DNA from: Candidatus Kuenenia stuttgartensis
Lineage (GTDB): Bacteria; Planctomycetota; UBA11346
Length of the DNA stretch: 64,000 bases
NCBI GenBank assembly: GCA_945876185.1
Contig: CAMCMZ010000001.1
Span: 66,310 to 130,309 of the forward strand
Direction: 5' to 3'
Each line of letters begins with the position of its first letter. Position 1 is the first letter of the stretch. Positions 38,811-47,421 of this stretch are shown one piece after another. The notes below the pieces were generated by a model, which made no database searches, was not told where the DNA came from, and saw only the letters and a list, made by a program, of their open reading frames with translations. The position numbers were made by a program, and so were the translations under genes.

Positions 38811-40667
38811 ATGCCCGATCCGAGCATCTTGCCGCCTGTGCTGCTGCCGGCCCCGCGCCAACTGGTGCTGACCGGTGGACGCGCCTCGGTTCCGGCCACG
38901 TTTCGGTGCCGGGGCAGCCAGCCTGCTGATATTGCCGTCATCGCGCAGACTATCCTGGGTGCGATCGCGTTTGCCGGGTTGGCCGTGCCGGTGCTGGAGG
39001 CGGATTCTTCGGCGGACTGGCTGCGCATCCACCTCGGAGCGGACACAGGCCCAGGGGGCGAGGGCTACCGCCTTGCCCTGCGTCCAGACCACGCCGACCT
39101 GTCGGCGGCAGGCCTCGCCGGGGTCCGCCACGGCTGCCAGACCCTGCGCCAGATCCTGGTCCAATTCGGGACCTCACCACCTTGCCTGGAAATTACCGAC
39201 GCCCCGGCATTTCCGGTGCGCGGGGTGGTGCTCGACCTTTCGCGCGACCGTGTGCCGACGATGCCGGAACTGGAGCGTCTGATCGACACGCTCGCCGGCT
39301 GGAAGATCAACCACCTGCAATTCTACACCGAGCACACCTTCGCGTATTCGGGCCACGAAGCGGTGTGGGCCGAGGCCAGCCCATTGACTTCCGCCGAGGT
39401 GCAGCGCCTCGATGCGCGTTGTCAGCAGCAGGGCATCACCCTTGCCGCGAACCAGAATTGCCTGGGTCACCTCGAACGCTGGTTTGAACAGCCACGGTAC
39501 CAGCCGCTGGCTGAGATCCCGCCAGGCCAGTCCTGGGACTTTGCCGGGATCGCGACCAAGACCGGGCCATTCAGCCTGTGTCCGATCGATCCCGGTTCGA
39601 TCGCTTTGGTTGACGACCTGCTCGGTCAGTTGCTGCCGAATTTCACGGCTCCGTGGGTGAACATCGGCTGCGACGAGGCGTTCGATGTTGGTCAGGGTCG
39701 TTCAGCGTCGGCCGTGGCCCAGCGCGGTCGGGCGGCGGTCTACCTCGACCATGTCCGGGCGGTGTGCGCGATCGCCCGCCGACATGGCAAACGCCCGCAA
39801 TTTTGGGCCGACATCGCCCTGGAGCATCCCGAGGCCCTGCGCGATCTGCCGCGCGACCTCGTCTCCCTGGCCTGGGGCTACGAGGCTGACGCGCCCTTCG
39901 CACGTTGGTGCCGGCAGGTGCGGGAAGTCGGCAACGAGGTCTGGGTCTGCCCGGGAACCTCGTGCTGGCGTTCCATCACCGGTCGTACTGCGGATCGCCG
40001 GGCCAACCTGCTGGCCGCCGCCCGCGAGGGCATTGAACACGGTGCGACTGGCTACCTGACCACCGCCTGGGGCGATCTCGGCCATCGTCAGCAGTGGCCG
40101 TTGACCGTGCACGGACTGGCCGAAGGCGCGCATCGCGCCTGGTCCGGCACCGCCGAATTGCCGCATCGCGCGGTGTCGCTGCACGCCCATGGCGATCGGA
40201 CCCTGACGGCCGCGCGCTGGTTCGACGACCTGGGCGATGTCGATCGCGAATTGCGCCTGATGTTCGGCAAGCCCGGATCCGACGGCGGCTCGCGCCCACT
40301 GCGCAATGCGACCGCGCTGTTCACTGATCTGCATCGGCCATTCGCTGAACCACGGCGTGGCTCGGAACAGGCCTGGCGCGACGCCTGGGAATACCTGCTG
40401 CCGCTGCGGAACCTGCCGACCGGGGTTTCCGAGCAGGTTCAGGATGAACTGCGCCACACCTGGGAAATGGCAGCCTTCGCCGTGCGCCGTGCCCTTGCCC
40501 GCGACAGCATCGGGGACGAGCGCAGCGCGCAGCGCCGGGCGCTCGGCGAACGTCTGCGCGAGCTCATCGCCGAGCACCGCCGCCTGTGGGCGCTCCGCTC
40601 GCGCCCTGGTGGCCTCGAACGCAGCGTGGCGTACTATACTGCTGTTCTCACTGACCTGGAGGCATGA
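38811..40667 (+). CDS. glycoside hydrolase family 20-like (beta-N-acetylhexosaminidase family)
   Basis: 618 aa. RGVVLDLSRDRVPTM..L..LIDTLAGWKINHLQFYTEHTFAY and NIGCDEAF (the D-E catalytic pair position) fit the GH20 TIM-barrel pattern. Confidence 0.7.
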   Translation: MPDPSILPPVLLPAPRQLVLTGGRASVPATFRCRGSQPADIAVIAQTILGAIAFAGLAVPVLEADSSADWLRIHLGADTGPGGEGYRLALRPDHADLSAAGLAGVRHGCQTLRQILVQFGTSPPCLEITDAPAFPVRGVVLDLSRDRVPTMPELERLIDTLAGWKINHLQFYTEHTFAYSGHEAVWAEASPLTSAEVQRLDARCQQQGITLAANQNCLGHLERWFEQPRYQPLAEIPPGQSWDFAGIATKTGPFSLCPIDPGSIALVDDLLGQLLPNFTAPWVNIGCDEAFDVGQGRSASAVAQRGRAAVYLDHVRAVCAIARRHGKRPQFWADIALEHPEALRDLPRDLVSLAWGYEADAPFARWCRQVREVGNEVWVCPGTSCWRSITGRTADRRANLLAAAREGIEHGATGYLTTAWGDLGHRQQWPLTVHGLAEGAHRAWSGTAELPHRAVSLHAHGDRTLTAARWFDDLGDVDRELRLMFGKPGSDGGSRPLRNATALFTDLHRPFAEPRRGSEQAWRDAWEYLLPLRNLPTGVSEQVQDELRHTWEMAAFAVRRALARDSIGDERSAQRRALGERLRELIAEHRRLWALRSRPGGLERSVAYYTAVLTDLEA

Positions 40668-40719
40668 TGCGCGTCCGGGTCATTCCTTGTACGTCCGTAA
40701 TCACCGACCTGGAGGCCTG

Positions 40720-41928
40720 ATGCGCGCCCGAATCGTTCCTGCCTCCAGCCGACTGCCGCCGATCCGTGCGGACGAGCCGCGCCGCGCCACTGATCCGTAC
40801 ACCGATGAACCCCCGAAGTACGGTCGCCGGGCCGGACCGGTGAGCGGTCGGCGCGCGAGTGACGATCGCCTCGTGCTGGGCTGCATGACCGGCACCTCGA
40901 TCGACGGTCTGGACGTCGCTTTGGTGTGCATCCGCGGCAATGGGTTGAGCATGCGGGTGGAACTGCGTGACCAATGCAGCCGTGAACTGGGGAAGCTCGC
41001 ACCCCGGTTGCGAGCCTTGGCGGAACAGCAGCCCTGCACCGCCGGGGACATCGCCGCGATGGCGCGCGACCTCGCGCTGATCCATCTCGACGCCTGCCGC
41101 GAACTGACCAAAGGCCAGCACATCGACCTGGTCTGCGTCCATGGCCAGACCGTCTTCCACGCGCCGCCGCTGTCGTGGCAGCTTTTCAATCCGGCGGTGC
41201 TCGCGCAGGGCCTGCACGCCCCGGTGGTGTGCGACCTGCGCGCGGCGGATCTCGCCGCCGGCGGCCAGGGGGCGCCGATCACCCCGCTCGCCGACTGGAT
41301 CCTGCTCCGCCATGCGGTGGAGGCCCGCGCGGTGATCAATCTGGGCGGCTTCGTGAATCTGACGCGACTGCCAGCCGATAGCGGGGTTGATCGCATCACC
41401 GGCGGCGACGTGTGCGCCTGCAACCAGGTCCTGGATGCGGTCGCGCGCACGGTGCTGGACCGCGCCTATGATGAAAACGGCGCGGCAGCCCTGGCTGGGC
41501 AAGCCTCGCCCAAGGCGGTCGCGGATCTCAGCCGACGCCTGGGCATGCAGGCGATGGCCGGCCGCAGCCTAGGCACCGGCGATGAACTGTCCTCGTGGCT
41601 GGAACGCTTCACCGATCTGCCGCCGGAAGACCTCGCGCGCAGCGCCTGCGCCGCGATCGCCGCCGTGGTCGCCAAGGCGGCGGCGCCGGCGAACCGGCTG
41701 ATCCTGGCCGGTGGCGGCACGCGCAATCGCGCCCTGGTCGCCGAACTCACCGCCCGGGCCGGCGTACCGGTGCAGATCAGCAATGAACTGGGCGTGCCGG
41801 CCACCCTGCGCGAAGCGATGGCGTTCGCCGTGCTGGGCGCGCTGTGCCAAGATGGCGTGCCGATCACCCTTCCCGCCATCACCGGCGTAGATCGCGCGCC
41901 GGTAGCGGGGTGCTGGACCTGGCCATGA
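40720..41928 (+). CDS. anmK: anhydro-N-acetylmuramic acid kinase
   Basis: ORF 40306..41928. Start taken at ATG 40720 (an in-frame GTG at 40873 is an alternative). LGCMTGTSIDGLDVALV N-terminal motif and an ASKHA-fold pattern downstream. ATGA overlap with murQ. Confidence 0.85.
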   Translation: MRARIVPASSRLPPIRADEPRRATDPYTDEPPKYGRRAGPVSGRRASDDRLVLGCMTGTSIDGLDVALVCIRGNGLSMRVELRDQCSRELGKLAPRLRALAEQQPCTAGDIAAMARDLALIHLDACRELTKGQHIDLVCVHGQTVFHAPPLSWQLFNPAVLAQGLHAPVVCDLRAADLAAGGQGAPITPLADWILLRHAVEARAVINLGGFVNLTRLPADSGVDRITGGDVCACNQVLDAVARTVLDRAYDENGAAALAGQASPKAVADLSRRLGMQAMAGRSLGTGDELSSWLERFTDLPPEDLARSACAAIAAVVAKAAAPANRLILAGGGTRNRALVAELTARAGVPVQISNELGVPATLREAMAFAVLGALCQDGVPITLPAITGVDRAPVAGCWTWP

Positions 41929-42971
41929 TTCCCGATCGGGCCCACATCCTCACTGAGCAGCGCAATCCCCGCACCACGCACCTGCACGAACTCGACGTCG
42001 CCGGCCTGGTTGCTGCGATCCAGGCCGAGGACGCCGCCGTCCCCGCCGCGATGGCGGCGGCGGGCGCGTCGCTGGCCGGCTTGATCGCGGCGATCGAACC
42101 AGGATTTCTCGCTGGCGGCCGGCTGATCTACCTCGGTGCCGGCACCAGCGGCCGGCTGGGCGTGCTCGATGCCAGCGAGGTCGGCCCGACGTTCCAGATT
42201 CCGCCGGGCCGGGTCATCGGATTGATCGCCGGTGGCGACCGCAGCCTGCGCCATTCCAGCGAGGGTCGCGAGGATGATCCTGAGGGCGCGGTCGCAGAAT
42301 TGGAGGCACTCCATCTCAGTCCTGATGACGCGGTGGTCGGCATCGCCGCCGGCGGCACCACGCCGTATGTGCTCGGTGCGTTGGAATGGACCTTCAAGCA
42401 TCGGCACCAACGCCAGCATGGCCATGGCCAGCAACTCCACGGCCACCATGCCCAGGGTCAGCAGCACGCGTCGACCACGTCGTCCACCGCAGCGATCTCA
42501 GCCAGGTTGCGCGCTACCCAGCCCTCAGCCCAACCGCCGCGCAGTGGACCGCTGACCGGGTTGATTTCGTGCGCACCGATGGACCGCCCAGCTTTCGCCG
42601 ACCACCTGGTGGTGCTCGCGGTCGGGGCTGAAGTCCTCACCGGTTCGACCCGGATGAAGGCGGGCACGGCGACGAAACTCGCGCTCAATACCATCTCGAC
42701 CGCACTCATGGTCCGCGCCGGCAAGGTGTACGGCAACCTGATGGTCGATCTGCGCGCCTCGAATCTCAAGTTGCGAGACCGCGCCGCGCGCATCGTCGGG
42801 CTTCTGACCGGCGAACCACGCGAGGCCTGCTTTGCCCTGCTCGACCAGGCCGGCGAATCGGTCAAGACGGCGGTGGTGATGCAGCGGCTCGGTTGCGATC
42901 GCGCCCGCGCCGAGGCTATTCTCGCCGCCTGTGGTGGTCATCTCGACCAGGCTCTGGCGCAGCAGGGCTGA
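41925..42971 (+). CDS. murQ: N-acetylmuramic acid 6-phosphate etherase with a 54-codon in-frame insertion
   Basis: Start at ATG 41925 (MIPDRAHILTEQRNPRT). SIS motifs RLIYLGAGTSGRLGVLDASE, TPYVLGALE, GAEVLTGSTRMKAGTA, GKVYGNLMVD. The His/Gln/Ser-rich segment at 42390-42551 has no counterpart in the canonical MurQ layout. Confidence 0.8.
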   Translation: MIPDRAHILTEQRNPRTTHLHELDVAGLVAAIQAEDAAVPAAMAAAGASLAGLIAAIEPGFLAGGRLIYLGAGTSGRLGVLDASEVGPTFQIPPGRVIGLIAGGDRSLRHSSEGREDDPEGAVAELEALHLSPDDAVVGIAAGGTTPYVLGALEWTFKHRHQRQHGHGQQLHGHHAQGQQHASTTSSTAAISARLRATQPSAQPPRSGPLTGLISCAPMDRPAFADHLVVLAVGAEVLTGSTRMKAGTATKLALNTISTALMVRAGKVYGNLMVDLRASNLKLRDRAARIVGLLTGEPREACFALLDQAGESVKTAVVMQRLGCDRARAEAILAACGGHLDQALAQQG

Positions 42972-42995
42972 ACCAGCCCATCGTCCGGTCGACCT

Positions 42996-43022
42996 TCTGG
43001 GAACGCCGGCGTCCCGCCGGCC
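42996..43022. repeat. degenerate copy of the CCTGGGAGCGCC-GCCGGCG hairpin element
   Basis: TCTGGGAACGCCGGCGTCCCGCCGGCC, compared with CCTGGGAGCGCCGGCGTCTCGCCGGCC at 2807 and 49004. Located between murQ and the efflux adaptor gene. Confidence 0.75.
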
Positions 43023-43131
43023 AGGAAAACAGCGGTATCGGAATATCACGCAACGTTGGCAGGTTTGCAGCGTAGCGCGCGGTCGGCCGCTTGTGCTTGT
43101 GGCCACCGAGGCCGGGCCAGACTCGCGCAGC

Positions 43132-44259
43132 ATGCGTCAGTCCATGCCGGTCGCCTGCGCCCTCGCCTTGCTGACCCTCCTCTGTGGCTGCGGTGGCGAG
43201 GGCGCCAAACCGGCGGGATCGGGGAAGTCCGGCGGCCCGCCGAAGCCGCCGGTCGAGGTGCAGGCCGTCGCGGCGCGCGCGGTGCAGTTCAACGTCTGGG
43301 CGACCGGTCAGGTGGAGGCCTATGAGACCATCGCGGTCACGGCACGGGTCGCCGGAACGGTCGAACGGGTTTCGTTCCGCGAGGGGGACCAGATCACCGC
43401 CGGCACCACCCTGATCGAGGTCGACGTGGATCGCTACCGTCTGGTGCGGGACGCCGCCACGGCGGCGGTGGCCGAGGCGAAGGCCGCCCAGGCCGAGGCC
43501 CTGAGTGGCCTGAAGCGGCGCGAATCCGCCAACGCCGCTGGCGAATACGTGCGCGCGGACGAGATGGACGCCTGGCGCGCCAAGACCGCCGGCGCCCAGG
43601 CCACGGTCGATCGTCTGGCAGCAGCAGCGGCGCGGGCGGAACTCGACCTGCGTGATGCCAAGGTCACGGCGCCCGCTGCCGGCGTGGTGCAGAGCCGCAG
43701 CGTCGCGACCGGCGCCTGGGTCCAGCCCGGCACGACCATCGCCACCCTGGTCCGCCGCGATCCACTGCTCTTGCGTTTCCGCGTGCCGGTTGCCGAGGCA
43801 GCGCGGCTGAGCCTGGGCATGACGGCGCGTTTCACCGTGCCCGGTCTCGCGCGCGAACGCGCGGCGGCCGTTGTCCACCTGGGCGCCAGTGCGGACGCGA
43901 CCTCGCGCATGGTCGAGGCCGTGGCCACCGTCGTTCCGGCCGATGCCGCCGATCTGGTGCCGGGCAGCTTCGCCCAGGTCGCCTTGACCGTGGCCAGCCG
44001 CACCGCCCCGGTGGTGCCGCAGATGGCGATACGACCCAGCGAAGCCGGTTTCCTGGCCTTCATCGTCGAAGGTGCCGGCGACGCCTTCGTGGCCCGCCGG
44101 CGGGTGCTCGAACTTGGCCTGCGCACCAGCGATGGTCTGGTCGAAGTATCCTCTGGCCTGGCCGTGGGCGAATCGCTGATCGTGCGCGGAGCCGAACAAC
44201 TGCGCGAGGGCCAGGTGGTGCGCGTGATCACCGACGCCAAATCGCCGGGCGGACGATGA
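43132..44259 (+). CDS. efflux RND transporter periplasmic adaptor (membrane fusion protein), lipoprotein
   Basis: ORF 42931..44259. Start at ATG 43132 (MRQSMPVACALALLTLLCGCGG, lipobox). Followed by barrel-sandwich and coiled-coil MFP patterns (IAVTARVAGTVERVSFREGDQITAGTTLIEVD). Confidence 0.85.
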   Translation: MRQSMPVACALALLTLLCGCGGEGAKPAGSGKSGGPPKPPVEVQAVAARAVQFNVWATGQVEAYETIAVTARVAGTVERVSFREGDQITAGTTLIEVDVDRYRLVRDAATAAVAEAKAAQAEALSGLKRRESANAAGEYVRADEMDAWRAKTAGAQATVDRLAAAAARAELDLRDAKVTAPAAGVVQSRSVATGAWVQPGTTIATLVRRDPLLLRFRVPVAEAARLSLGMTARFTVPGLARERAAAVVHLGASADATSRMVEAVATVVPADAADLVPGSFAQVALTVASRTAPVVPQMAIRPSEAGFLAFIVEGAGDAFVARRRVLELGLRTSDGLVEVSSGLAVGESLIVRGAEQLREGQVVRVITDAKSPGGR

Positions 44260-44305
44260 AACCGCGCGGTTCTTTCAGGGACCACCGAGCGGCCAGGAAA
44301 CTCCC

Positions 44306-47300
44306 ATGCGTTTGACCGAAGCCTGCATCCGCAAGCCGGTCATGGCGTGGATGCTGATGTTCGCGGTGCTGACCATCGGCGGACTGTCCTGGTGGCGCCT
44401 GGGCGTGAGCCAGTACCCGGACATCGACAAGCCGCAGGTGACAATCGCGCTGTCGCTGCTTGGCGCCGCGCCCGAGGTGATGGAGCGTGACGTCGTCGAA
44501 CCGTTGGAAGAACGCCTGGCCCAGATCGAGGGCGTCACCCAGCTCAGCGCGTTTTGCCGGCGCGGCTCGGCGTACCTGGTCCTCACCTTCGACCTGGCGC
44601 GCGACATCGATTCCGCCCTGCAGGACGTGCAGAACAAGGTCATGGGCACGCGCGGACTGCCGCGCGACCTCGACCCACCGATCGTCAACAAGTCCAATCC
44701 CGAAGACGATCCCATCCTGTGGATCACCGTCGGTGGCCCGTTCAGCCGCCAGGTGCTGGCCGATGCGGCGCGCTATCAGGTGGCGGACCGGCTGGCCACC
44801 ATCCCCGGCGTCGGTGAGATCAGCATCGGCGGCAGCATGAACCGCAACCTGCGGGTCTGGCTCGACGTCCAGCGCCTGGCGGCCCAGGGACTGACCGCGG
44901 CCGAGGTTCTGGCGGCGATCGGGCGCAACCACCTCGAACAACCGGCCGGCCGCATCCAGGCCGGCGGGCGCGAGATCGACGTGCGCGTGCTGGGCGAGGC
45001 CGGCGGCATCGAGGCCTTCCGCGAACTCGCAGTCGCGGTGCGCCCCCAACCCGGCGGGCCGCCGGCGGTGGTCCGCCTGCGCGATGTGGCAATGGTTGAA
45101 GACGGCTTCGCCGACGACCAGCGCATCATCCGCCGCGACGGCGAGACCGCCCAGGGCCTGGGCGTGCGCAAGGTGCGCGGGGCGAACGCGGTCCAGGTCG
45201 CCGCCGCCGTGCGCGCCCGTCTGGCCGAGATCCAGCGCACGTTGCCACCGCAGATGCGCCTGATGGTCAACGTGGACTCGACCCGGTTCATCAGCGCCAG
45301 CGTGCAGGGGATGCAGCATGAACTTCTCACCGCCATCGTGCTGACCGCGCTCGTGTGCTGGCTGTTCCTCGGTTCGCTCACCGCCGCCGCCAACATCCTG
45401 CTCGCCATCCCGATGTCGATGCTCGGCACCATGGCGGTGCTCTACGCCTGCGGCATGACGCTCAACACCTTCACCCTGCTCGGGCTCGCCCTGGCGATCG
45501 GGCTGGTGGTCGATGACGCGATCATGGTGCAAGAAAACATCATGCGGCATCGCGCCCTGGGCCTGGCGCCGATCCCGGCGGCGCGCAAGGGCACGCGCGA
45601 GATCGCCTTCGCCGCCTTGGCCGCCAGCCTGGCGGTGGTGGCGGTGTTCTCGCCAGTGCTGTTCATGGGGGGCGAGATCGGACGTTCGTTTCTGCATCTT
45701 GGCGTGGCTTTGTGCGTGGCGGTGATGCTGTCCTACATCGAGGCCGTCACCCTCGCCCCGGCCCGCCTGGCGCACCTGGGCGGGTCGCTCGAACCGGGCC
45801 GCTTCGGCCGTTGGATCGAACGCGGTCTCGCCCGTCTCTCGGCGCTCTATGGCCGGATCCTGGGGCCGGTGGTGCGCCATCCCTGGCCGGTGCTGGGGCT
45901 CGGTCTTGCGGTGACCCTGCTCGGGGCCTGGCTCGCCATCCTGCTGCCGCGCGAGTTCCTGCCGCCGCAGGACGCGGGCATGATGGACATCCGGTTTTCC
46001 TCCGCGACCGGTAGCGAGATCGAGGAGACCGACACGCTGACGCGCCGGGTCGAGGCGCTGCTGTCGCGCCGGGCCGACTTCGCCCGCCTGTTCACCAACG
46101 TCGGTTCCGACGGCAACAGCGAGGCGCGCATCCGGGTGGTCCTGGCCCCGCGCCAGGAGCGTGCTGGGGTGGAACGCATCCGCGACGAGGTCCGGCGCGA
46201 ACTCGGCCGCATCCCCGGGATCTACAACCTCAAGGTCGACGATGCTTCGCCCCCGCTCGTCCAGACCTCGTCCGGGACCAAGGCGGTCGATCTCAGCCTG
46301 CGTGGCCCGGAATGGGGCGCCCTCATCACCGCCCACGATGCGCTGATGCTCCGGCTGCGCTCCGATACCGCCAATCTCGCCGACGTCATCAGCGACTACC
46401 GCCTGGGCGCCCCGGAATTGCAGGTCATCCCCGACCGCGACCGCTGCGCCGAACTCGACGTGCCGATCGAGGCGGTGGCAAGCACGGTCGGCATCCTGGT
46501 TGGCGGCCAGCGCGCCGGCACCTTCAGCCTGGGCGGCCGGCGTCAGGACGTGCTGGTGCGGGTGCGCGCCGATCAGCGCACCGTCGCCGACGACCTTGGC
46601 CGTCTGCTCGTCCGCACCCGTTCCGGCACGCCGGTGCCGTTGTCAGGCCTGGTGCGTTTCGAGGAGCGCCCCGCCCTGTCCCGGATCACCCGCAAGGATC
46701 GCGATCGTGCGATAAGCATTTCCGCCGGCCTGCCCCCTGGCGTCCCCCAGGCCGCCGCCCAGGCGGCGGCGCTGGCCCATGCCGTCGACCTGCCTGCCGG
46801 CGTGCGCGCGATCCCGGGCGAATCCGCGACCGCCACGCAGACGGCGATGTGGGGCCTGCTGTTCGCTCTCGCCGGCGGGATTCTTGCCGCCTACATGGTG
46901 CTGGGCGCGCAGTTCAACTCGTTCGTTCATCCCATCACCATCCTCTGCATCCTGCCCATGGCGGTGGCCGGCGCGGCGATCGCGCTGTGGCTCGGCGGCA
47001 GCAGCCTCAACACCCTGAGCGTCATCGGCGTGCTGCTGTTGATGGGCATCGCCAAGAAGAACTCGATCATCCTGGTCGACGTGGCGCGCCAGATCCAGCT
47101 CGATGAGGCGAAAACGTCGGCCGAGGCCGCCATGCTGCGCGCCGGGCCGCTGCGCCTGCGCCCGATTCTGATGACTAGCGCCGCCACCGCGATGGCGGCG
47201 GTGCCGATCGCGCTTAGCCAGTACCTCGGCCTGGGCGCGGGCAGCGAAGTGCGCGCACCGATGGGTCTGGCGGTGCTCGGCGGCGTGGTGCTGTCGACTG

Positions 47301-47383
47301 CGCTCAGCCTGGTCGTGGTGCCGGCGTTCTATGTCCTCATGGACCGGTTGGTGCGCCGGGTGCGCGGAGCTAAGCCGACCTGA
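44306..47383 (+). CDS. RND efflux pump inner-membrane permease (AcrB/AcrD/AcrF family)
   Basis: 1025 aa. N-terminus MRLTEACIRKPVMAWMLMFAVLTIGG. Twelve-TM layout with two large periplasmic loops. Immediately downstream of the MFP gene. Confidence 0.9.
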   Translation: MRLTEACIRKPVMAWMLMFAVLTIGGLSWWRLGVSQYPDIDKPQVTIALSLLGAAPEVMERDVVEPLEERLAQIEGVTQLSAFCRRGSAYLVLTFDLARDIDSALQDVQNKVMGTRGLPRDLDPPIVNKSNPEDDPILWITVGGPFSRQVLADAARYQVADRLATIPGVGEISIGGSMNRNLRVWLDVQRLAAQGLTAAEVLAAIGRNHLEQPAGRIQAGGREIDVRVLGEAGGIEAFRELAVAVRPQPGGPPAVVRLRDVAMVEDGFADDQRIIRRDGETAQGLGVRKVRGANAVQVAAAVRARLAEIQRTLPPQMRLMVNVDSTRFISASVQGMQHELLTAIVLTALVCWLFLGSLTAAANILLAIPMSMLGTMAVLYACGMTLNTFTLLGLALAIGLVVDDAIMVQENIMRHRALGLAPIPAARKGTREIAFAALAASLAVVAVFSPVLFMGGEIGRSFLHLGVALCVAVMLSYIEAVTLAPARLAHLGGSLEPGRFGRWIERGLARLSALYGRILGPVVRHPWPVLGLGLAVTLLGAWLAILLPREFLPPQDAGMMDIRFSSATGSEIEETDTLTRRVEALLSRRADFARLFTNVGSDGNSEARIRVVLAPRQERAGVERIRDEVRRELGRIPGIYNLKVDDASPPLVQTSSGTKAVDLSLRGPEWGALITAHDALMLRLRSDTANLADVISDYRLGAPELQVIPDRDRCAELDVPIEAVASTVGILVGGQRAGTFSLGGRRQDVLVRVRADQRTVADDLGRLLVRTRSGTPVPLSGLVRFEERPALSRITRKDRDRAISISAGLPPGVPQAAAQAAALAHAVDLPAGVRAIPGESATATQTAMWGLLFALAGGILAAYMVLGAQFNSFVHPITILCILPMAVAGAAIALWLGGSSLNTLSVIGVLLLMGIAKKNSIILVDVARQIQLDEAKTSAEAAMLRAGPLRLRPILMTSAATAMAAVPIALSQYLGLGAGSEVRAPMGLAVLGGVVLSTALSLVVVPAFYVLMDRLVRRVRGAKPT

Positions 47384-47420
47384 GCCGACCTGAGCCGACC
47401 TGAGCCGACCGAAGCCGGAC
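47371..47420. repeat. 10 bp tandem repeat (CTGAGCCGAC-like x5) spanning the RND stop codon
   Basis: TAAGCCGACC TGAGCCGACC TGAGCCGACC TGAGCCGACC GAAGCCGGAC, read directly. The first TGA (47381-47383) is the RND stop. Confidence 0.85.
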
Positions 47421-47421
47421 G

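Noticed and set aside
40306-40719. 5' 138 codons of the anmK ORF-track entry; also 60808-61284 for the hypothetical gene and 42931-43131 for the MFP gene
   Set aside because: These extensions overlap the preceding well-supported genes in another frame, or run through repeat elements. Internal starts with proper N-terminal features (kinase motif, TM anchor, lipobox) are preferred.
47371-47420. 10 bp tandem repeat at the RND stop as a frameshift-type contingency locus
   Set aside because: The first repeat-borne TGA already terminates the gene. Copy-number changes downstream of it cannot alter the protein.
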